Shown here piece after piece: positions 52,751-64,000 of a DNA stretch of 64,000 nt (position 1 is the stretch's first letter; every line of letters begins with the position of its first letter). The translations under genes were made by a program, and so were the position numbers. Origin of the DNA: the human T2T-CHM13v2.0 reference genome, Homo sapiens. Under the pieces are notes generated by a model. It was not told the DNA's origin. It worked only from the letters and a program-made list of their open reading frames with translations, and did no database searches. The stretch lies in NCBI RefSeq assembly GCF_009914755.1, contig NC_060925.1; one strand, written 5' to 3'.

Positions 52751-55320
52751 TTTCTTTATTTTTGGTACTGGGTTGGGTCCTAGCCACACTATGGTAAAGT
52801 TTGATGTGTCATGCTGGAATCCAAAGAGGATGTGAGGGGGTGTGAACACAAGCATATCCTCTTTCCCACATTAGCAATTCTTTTGGATCACACCATGCAT
52901 GACTGTTTACATCTTTCCATAAAACTGAGGGTTTTATGTCTTGAGAGGTTTTAGCAAAGTGCTTTTCTATAGATGATTGAAAGTTATCATCTAAATTTAA
53001 AAAGTTAAGGGTAAATAAGGCTTGTGCTAATAGTGTTGCAGGGTCCTTACTCATACTCCCCATTTTTTGTTTTTTGAGCATATTTTTAAGGGTGGAGTGG
53101 GTACATTCTACTATGGCCTGCCTTTGGGGGTTATACGGGATGCCTGTGGAATGTTGGACATTCCACATGTGGCAAAATTGTTGAAATTGTGAGCTGGCAT
53201 AAGCTGGACTATTATTAGCTTTAATTTTTGTGGGCCACCCCATAAATGCAAAAGTGAAAAGAATATGTTTAATGACATATGGGTGGACTCTCCAGGAAGG
53301 GCATATACACTAATTAAGTGAGAATTGGTATCAACGGATACATGTACGTATCTAAGTTTTCCAAATTCAGGGATGTGTGTAACATCTGTTTGCCATAACT
53401 GATTAGGTTCTAGTCCTCTAGGGCTAACATCTGTAGAAGGAGGGGATGTGCCTGTGAGCTGGCAATTTGGGCATTGCAGGATAATTTATTTAGCTAGTCT
53501 CTGGTAAGTGGAAATTGTTCAGATAAGTTTCTCCAATTTTGGTGGAAGAATTGATGTGATTGGGTGGCTTGGTCAAGCAGTGATGTCATAACCTGAAGAT
53601 CTGCTTGATCATTGCCATAAGCTAATGGGCCAGACAGTGAGCTGAGGGGTTGAATATGTGTGATAAAAATAGGATGTGAACATTGATCTAGCAATTGCTG
53701 AAGCTGGAGAAAAAGAGCACACAGGGTGGGCTCCAGAGTGGACTTAATTAGTGCTGTTTCAAGGTTTTGGAATAAATAAACAGAGTAAGCAGAGTCACTC
53801 ACAATATTGATGCACTGAGTGGAAAAAGTCTCCAAAGCTAATATTAATTAAGGGTCCACCTTAGCTCTTTGAGTGCTAGTAAACCCAGATCTAGTGAGGG
53901 AATTATGTGGTCTCCACCAGACAGCTGCTTTTCCATGTTTACCTGAACCATTAGTAAACAGCATTAAAGCATTAGGTATGGGGTAGTGAACTATTTTTGT
54001 AGGTAAAATCACAGGAGTACGAGACAAGAACTGAAGGAGTTTATCAGCAGGAAGGGTATTCTCTATTTGGCCTGTGTAATCAGAGATGTCTATTTGCAAG
54101 TCCATCAATAAGGGCAATACTGCTTTGAATTGCTTCTTACTTAAAGGAATCCTGATGATATCAGGATCATAACCTAGCAACTGATTGCATTGTCTGTGGC
54201 CTGAATAGATTACTTTACTGATTAACTGGATGTAGGGAGAAAGTGTTTTAGTTCCAGTATGTGAGCCAAAAAACCCATTTTAGAAAGCGCAGTCCTGGAG
54301 TCATCTGTCCTATTAACCCTGTAGGAGAGTGTTTAGTGGGAAAAATTAATAATTGAATTGAATACCATGGATCAATGCAATCTAGTTGCCTTTGAGAGAT
54401 AGCTTGTTCTGTTTTTTCAATTTCCCTTTTTGCTGCAGGGGTTAAATACCTGGGAGAATCCAGGGCTGTATTGCCCTTTAAGATAGAAAACAGGTTTTGC
54501 AACTTATCTGTAGACATGTCCAAGGTGGGGTGAAGCCAGTTAATATCGCCTAGCAATTTCTGATAATCATTTAAGGTGTATAAGTTGCTAGTATTTAATT
54601 TAAACTTTTGAGGTCTTACTGACCAGGAAGTTAGTATGTATCCAAGAAATTGCCAAGGAGAAGACATCTGTACTTTTTCAGGTGCTATGATTAAACATCT
54701 TAACTGTGTATTTTTTACGACAGAGGTATATAGACTTAAAAACATTTGCTCTGTTGGGGCTGGTAGTAAAATATCATCTATAAAATGAATAACCTTGCAA
54801 TCAGGAAATTCTTTTCTACTGGGGAGCAAAGCTTGATTTACTTGATACCTGCACATGGTAGGACTATTCAGCGTTCCTTGAGGAAGCACTTGCTAATGAA
54901 ATTGGCAAGCTGGCGTTTCATTATTGATAGCTGGTATTGTAAACGCAAATTTTTCTCTGTCCTGCTTTGCAAGTGAAATAGTATAAAAGCAGTCTTTTAA
55001 ATTAATAACAATTATAGGCCAATCTTGAGAAATTGCTGTGGAGGAGGGAAGGCCCTGTTGAAGGGGCCCCATAGGTTGTAAATTAGCATTAATAGCATGT
55101 AAGTCATGCAAAAGTCTCCATATACCAGACTTTTTGGGAATGATGAAAATGGGCAAATTCCAAGGGCTGTTTGATGATTCTATATGACCTGTTTTTAATT
55201 GCTCCTCAACTAATTATTGGCCTCCTTGTAATTTCTCCCCCTTTAAAGGTTACTGTTCTACTTAAATTGGATTTTGAGAGAGCCACGTTAGGGGTAGGAG
55301 ATACATAACAGTGGCCATTA
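52750..55320 (-). pseudogene. pol: pol (RT-RNase H-integrase), disrupted by stops and frameshifts
   Basis: [34 protein letters not shown] (YMDD equivalent), QKLLGDINW, NIVSDSAY, GIPYNPQRQAIVE, LLMWERGYACV. Confidence 0.95.
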
Positions 55321-55329
55321 TTAGAAAGA

Positions 55330-55656
55330 GGTCTTTTAAATTCTTAAGTTTTACTTATATTTTAGCAGAGAATTATAATCTGGGATGTTGCTTGTATACA
55401 AGGAACACATGAATTTTGCTGTGGGATGCCCACAGAGCCAAAGAGCAGTGGCATGGATCCCGGGGCAGTGGCCACATTGCATTTTCCTAGGCACCGCTTT
55501 TTGTCTGTGCCACTTTTTGTCTGTGCTGCTCCCTTCCCCCACCGCTGTGTGGCTGCTGCCGGCCGGGAGGACCCTGTCGGCCCGGGGCACCACAAGCTTC
55601 CCGGCTGCTGAGCCTTTACTTCCACCCATTGCCCACTTAGCCATGCAGCTCCAGCC
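55330..55656 (-). other. Non-retroviral-looking GC-rich insert replacing most of gag and pro; candidate transduced cellular 5' UTR (NCK2-like, from memory)
   Basis: Abrupt switch from A-rich gag to GC/CpG-island-like sequence, then an AT-richer block, then the pol start; no CA/NC/dUTPase/PR motifs. Source gene recalled, not searched. Confidence 0.6.
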
Positions 55657-56240
55657 TCTAATGCCTTTTCTTATCTTTTTATAAACGTTAAAAGAAATGT
55701 GTTTTTATACCTGATTGCCTTGTTGATCTTGCATTACTGGACAGGCTAAGAGCTCCCCTTCTAATGTTGCTTGCCTAAGATGGGGTCCCATAGCTGTAGC
55801 ATATCCCTTGTCTTTTTTCCTATCAATTAGAGGAGGAGGCTCAGCCAAGACCTCCATTTCCTCTTTGTTATTTTGGCCCCAGTGATAGTGGGGCTGAGGG
55901 ACAAAGAGGTGGTAAGGTAAGTGACAGTTCCTCCTCCTTCCCCATTTTAGGCTCTTCTGTGTATAATGAGACCACAGCCACCCTGACTAAAGCCCGTAGC
56001 ATTAAAGCTGTTACTGGGACCTGTTACCCTTGCACATGGTGTTGTTTAAGATTTCTCCCCACTTGTTCCCAGAGCTCTACATCTAGTGTACCTTTTTCCA
56101 GGAACCATGGGTTATGGAATACAACAGTTCGCATTACGTCCCTTAATTGAGCCTGAGAAACCGAGACTCCACTAGCTTTTAAGAAGCTCTTTCAATACTT
56201 TTATATACTGTTTCTGTTGAGCTGATAACTGTTGTCCCAT
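55657..56240 (-). pseudogene. gag: gag 5' remnant (matrix to start of capsid)
   Basis: ATG GGA CAA CAG (MGQQLSAQQ, myristoylation Gly) at 56240; PWFLEKGTLDVELWEQVG betaretroviral MA motif; PVMQDQQG capsid start. Confidence 0.85.
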
Positions 56241-56374
56241 GGTGAAACCCTAGCCTGAACAATGCCCCCACAACTTGGAAATCCCAAGCGGGCACCAATG
56301 ACTTACTGACTCACTGACTGTGCCGTCCTTTTCACCCCTATTTTTGAGGGTTCCATTATGATCCTTTGTAGTTT

Positions 56375-56392
56375 TCCTCACATGGGGCACCA
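56375..56392 (-). promoter_or_regulatory. Primer binding site complementary to elongator tRNA-Met
   Basis: TGGTGCCCCATGTGAGGA, 2 nt after the LTR; 17/18 match to the complement of the tRNA-Met 3' end (TGGTGCCCCGTGTGAGGA), the mismatch being a CpG decay. Confidence 0.9.
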
Positions 56393-56394
56393 CC

Positions 56395-56876
56395 TGCCAG
56401 GGTCTGACCTGCAGACGTAGGCTGCACGATGGAAGAATAACATACTCAGACACTGATATTCAGTGAAAGAGCGGCTGGGGGCTGGGCTGTACACAGAAAA
56501 AAGTTGTAGCAGCCGTGTGCCCCAACTAGCTGGCCCTGTGGGCATTTGTTCAGCACAGATTTGATGACAAAGACTTTGAGTCAACACACCTGTGGATAAT
56601 TAATCTGGTCGCCCTCCCCCGGAGAGAGCAGTCATGCACCCGTGGAAGATCAAAGGTCAGTCTTAGAACCATATAAGTAAACAAGCTATTTAGGTAAGCT
56701 CCCCCACATTCCTTTGTTATTTGCTCTTCTGCTATCAACTCAAGATAAAGAGGATTAGGCTGCCTTCAGCCAAATCTTTTACTGAAGCTATGCAAACCTC
56801 CTGGCCTTCCAAGAAGGTTTGTGTCTATTTCTTATAACTTTATAATTTTTCCCACCACCTTGACTGATCCCCTACA
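56395..56876 (-). repeat. 5' LTR (LTR22-type), complete
   Basis: TG...CA termini on the minus strand (TGTAGGGG ... CCCTGGCA); 482 bp; followed by the PBS. Confidence 0.92.
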
Positions 56877-57037
56877 CAGAAACAGGAGGACAGATGTGAA
56901 AACTGGAAGAAATTACAATTTCTCCAAGACATGGAGAGATTAGGTATGAGGGAGTGATGGAAAGGGGAGAATATAAGTGCTTTCTAGGTTTGGGGTTTGA
57001 GCAGTGGAATAAATGGTGATAAAATGTGTTGATGAAA
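56877..57037 (-). mobile_element. L2 middle piece (target of the provirus and the L1PA6)
   Basis: ttctaggtttggggtttgagcagtggaataaatggtg L2 motif; continues after the L1 at 63134. Confidence 0.6.
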
Positions 57038-58070
57038 GAGAATCTGTTCCAAGATGGCTGAATAGAAACAGCTCCAGTCTGCAGCTCCCAGCGTGATCGA
57101 TGCAGAGGATGGGTGATTTCTGCATTTCCAACTGAGGTACCTGGTTCATCTCATTGGGACTGGTTGGACAGTGAGTGGAGCCCACAGAGGGTGAGCCAAA
57201 GCAGAGTGGGGCATCGCCTCACCTGGGAAGCACAAGGGGTCAGGGGATTTTCCTTTCCTGGCGAAGGGAAGCCGTGACAGACTGTACCTGGAAAATCGGT
57301 ATACTCTGGCTCAAATACTGTGCTTTTCCCACAGTCTTAGCAACGAGCAGACTAGGAGATTCTCTCCCATGCCAGACTTGGCAAGTCCCACACCCACAGA
57401 GTCTTGCTCACTGCTAGCACAGCAGTCTGAGATCAATCTACGAGGGTGCAGCCCTGCGAGGGGCGTCCACCATTGCTGAGGCTTGAGTAGGTAAACAAAG
57501 TGGCTGGGAAGCTTGAACTGGGTGGAACCCACCGCAGCTCAGCAAGGCCTACTGCCTCTATAGACTCCACCTCTGTGGGCAGGGCATAGCTGAATGAAAG
57601 GCAGCAGACAACTTCTGCAGACTTAAATGTCCCTGTCTGACAGCTCTGAAGAGAGCAGTGGTTCTCCCAGCATGGTTTGACCTCTGATAATGGACAGACT
57701 GCCTCCTCAAGTGGGTCCCTGACTCCCATGTAGCCTAACTGGGAGACACCTCTCAGTAGGAGCCAAAAGACACCTCATACAGGCAGGTGCCCCTCTGGGA
57801 TGAAGCTTCCAGAGGAAGGATCAGGCAGCAATATTTGCTGTTCTGTAATATTGCTGTTCTGCAGCCTCTGCTGGTGATACCCAGGACAACAGGGTCTGGA
57901 GTGGACCTCCAGCAAACTCCAACAGACCTGCAGCTGAGGTTCCTGACTGTTAGAAGGAAAACTAACAAACAGAAAGGAATAGCATCAACACCAACAAAAA
58001 GGACATCCACACGAAAACCCCATCTGTAGGTCACCAACATCAAAGACCAAAGGTAGATAAAACCACAAAG

Positions 58071-59090
58071 ATGGGTAGAAACCAGAGCAGAAAAGGTGAA
58101 AATTCTAAAAACCAGAGTACCTCTTCTCCTACAAAGGATTGCAGCTCCTCGCCAGCAAAGGAACAAAGCTGGATGGAGAATGACTTTGACGAGTTGACAG
58201 AAGTAGGCCTCCGAAGGTTGGTAATAACAAACTTCTCTGAGCTAAAGGAGCACGTTCTAACCCATTGAAGCTAAAAACCTTGAAAAATGGTTAGATGAAT
58301 GGCTAACCAGAATAAATGTGTATAGAAGACCTTAAATGACCTGACGGAGTTGAAAACCATGGCACGAGAACTTCATGAGGCACACGCAAGCTTCAATAGC
58401 CAATTTGATCAAGTGAAAGAAAGGATATCAGTAATTGAAGATCAAATTAATGAAATAAAGCAAGAAGACAAGATTAGAGAAAAAAGAGTAAAAAAGAATG
58501 AACAAAGCCTCCAAGAAATATGGGACTATGAGAAAAGACCAAATCTACGTTTGATTGGTGTACCTGAAAGTGACGGGGAGAATGGAACCAAGTTGAAAAA
58601 CACTCTTTAGGATATTATCCAGGAGAACTTCCCCAACCTAGCAAGGCAGGCCAACATTGAAATTCAGGAAATAGAGAGAGCACCACAAAGGGACTCCTCG
58701 AGAAGAGCAACCCCAAGACACATAATTGTCAGATTCACCAAGGTTGAAATGAAGGAAAAAATGTTAAGGGCAGTCAGAAAGAAAGGTTGGGTTACCCACA
58801 CAGGGAAGCCCATCAGACTAATGGCGGATCTCTCAGCAGAAACCCTACATGGCAGAAGAGATTGGGAACCTATATTCAACATTCTTAAAGAAAAGAATTT
58901 TCAACCCAGAATTTCATATCCAGCCAAACTAAGCTTCATAAGTGAAGGAGAAATAAAATCCTTTACAGACAAGCAAATGTTGAGAGATTTTGTCACCACC
59001 AGGCCTGCCTTACAAGAGATCCTGAAGGAAGCACTAAACATGGAAAGGAACAACTGGTACCAACCACTGCAAAAACATACCAAATTGTAA
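58071..59090 (+). pseudogene. L1 ORF1p, disrupted
   Basis: MGRNQSRK start; ...EIWDYEKRPNLRLIG; YPAKLSF...; broken near 58265 and by a stop at 58608. Confidence 0.93.
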
Positions 59091-59152
59091 AGACCATTGA
59101 TGCTAGGAAGAAACTGCATCAATTATGGGCAAAATAACCAGCTAACATCATA

Positions 59153-62937
<3,785 letters not shown>

Positions 62938-63133
62938 ACAATAGAACCCTTGGACACAGGGTGGGAAACATCAGTAGGGGACTGGGGGAAGGATAGTATT
63001 AGGAGAAGTACCTGATGTAAATGACGAGTTGATGGGTGCAGCAAACCAACATGGCACATGTACACATATGTAACAAACCTGCACATTGTACACATGTACC
63101 CTAGAACTTAAAGTATAATAAAAAAAATTTTTT

Positions 63134-63760
63134 AAATGTGTTGATGAAAACTAGAGAAACACAGATTTTATTGTTGGAGAGGATATTTTAGATCTGGTAA
63201 ATTTGAGATTCTATTAGATATTCAAATGGAGTTGTTCAGTCAGCTGTCAGAAATATGAGTCTGGAGCTTGGGTTGTAGATTGGTTAAAGCTAGATACACA
63301 ACGTTGGTAGTCACCAGCATATGGGTGTCCTTTAAAGCCATTGGATTGGAGGAGATAACTAGACAAAAGTACAGATAGAGAAAAGCAGAAAAAATTCCGG
63401 AGGCACTCAAACACTGAGAGATTGGGTAGAATTTAGAAAAAGAAAGTAAGAAAAAGCAGCTGGTAATTCTGAAGATAAACCAGGAGAAAGTAGTGTCATG
63501 GACACCAAGAGAAGAAAGAGAAAGATTTCAGAAGAAGGTGATAATGCACCCTGCTGAAAGGTTTAGAAAGATAAGGACAGAAAAGTCTAATTTGCTATTG
63601 GATTTAGCTAAGTGGAAGTCAGTCAAGTAATAAGGTTGGAATCCAGATTGGGGTAGGTTGGAGGATGAATATTTGAATAAGGAAGTAGAAATAGCATGTT
63701 TTGAATAATTACTTAATAAGGTTTGTTGTGAGTGGGGAGCAGAGGAATGAGGAATTTTTA
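63134..63760 (-). mobile_element. L2, right piece
   Basis: aaatttgagattctattagatattcaaatggag, atatgagtctggagct, aaaccaggagaaagtagtgtcatgg. Confidence 0.75.
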
Positions 63761-64000
63761 TAAGTAGAAATTATATAATAGACAGGAAGACACTTATCAA
63801 TGTTATTTATTAATAAAAACAGATTTAGCTAATTCACTGGATTGTTTTGAAAAATCAAATGATTTCTCCAAAACTGCTCTATAAACCATAAACCTCTTTA
63901 AGAGTATTTTTAGGTATCTGATTTTTCTAGGCTTTATAATTTTTGTGGGTCTTTCTGTGTTTATCTTATACAGTAAATACATGCTGATTAAGGTCTACAT

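Larger units (their letters stand above)
51704..56876 (-). mobile_element. HERV-K(HML-5)/HERVK22 provirus, internally deleted (LTR - partial gag - insert - pol - env remnant - LTR)
   Basis: Two LTR22-like direct repeats, tRNA-Met PBS, PPT, and betaretroviral gag/RT/RNase H/IN/TM remnants. Confidence 0.92.

Noticed and set aside
55351-55684. Overlapping 60-99 aa ORFs on both strands in the proviral insert
   Set aside because: Expected in GC-rich, stop-poor sequence. There is no recognisable protein motif, and the segment looks like UTR.

Overview
Primate (human-like) intergenic or intronic DNA, dominated by repeats. I found no convincing host protein-coding exon, RNA gene or CRISPR array. Most ORFs in the track are spurious (Alu-antisense or low-complexity), and only the L1 and retroviral ORFs are real coding remnants. 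Bases 1-45,000 are a typical mosaic of Tigger3, L2, MIR, L3, MaLR/ERVL LTRs, MER41A, a MER11 solo LTR and Alus. Bases ~45,000-63,760 are a pile-up of retroelements that appears to sit inside one old L2. It comprises a short L1PA3, a 5'-truncated L1PA11-13 carrying a second MER11 LTR, a ~5.2 kb minus-strand HERV-K(HML-5)/HERVK22 provirus with a tRNA-Met PBS, and a full-length L1PA6 with a 16-bp TSD. The most striking item is in the provirus: most of gag and all of pro are replaced by ~330 bp of GC-rich, non-retroviral-looking sequence. It resembles a spliced cellular 5' UTR; from memory it matches NCK2 exon 1/2, which is not verified by any search and would imply retroviral transduction of a host mRNA. 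The provirus also has G-to-A changes at catalytic and Trp codons, and its 3' LTR ends in a junction with a templated fold-back insertion. Subfamily names and boundaries of old repeats are by-eye recognitions and approximate.
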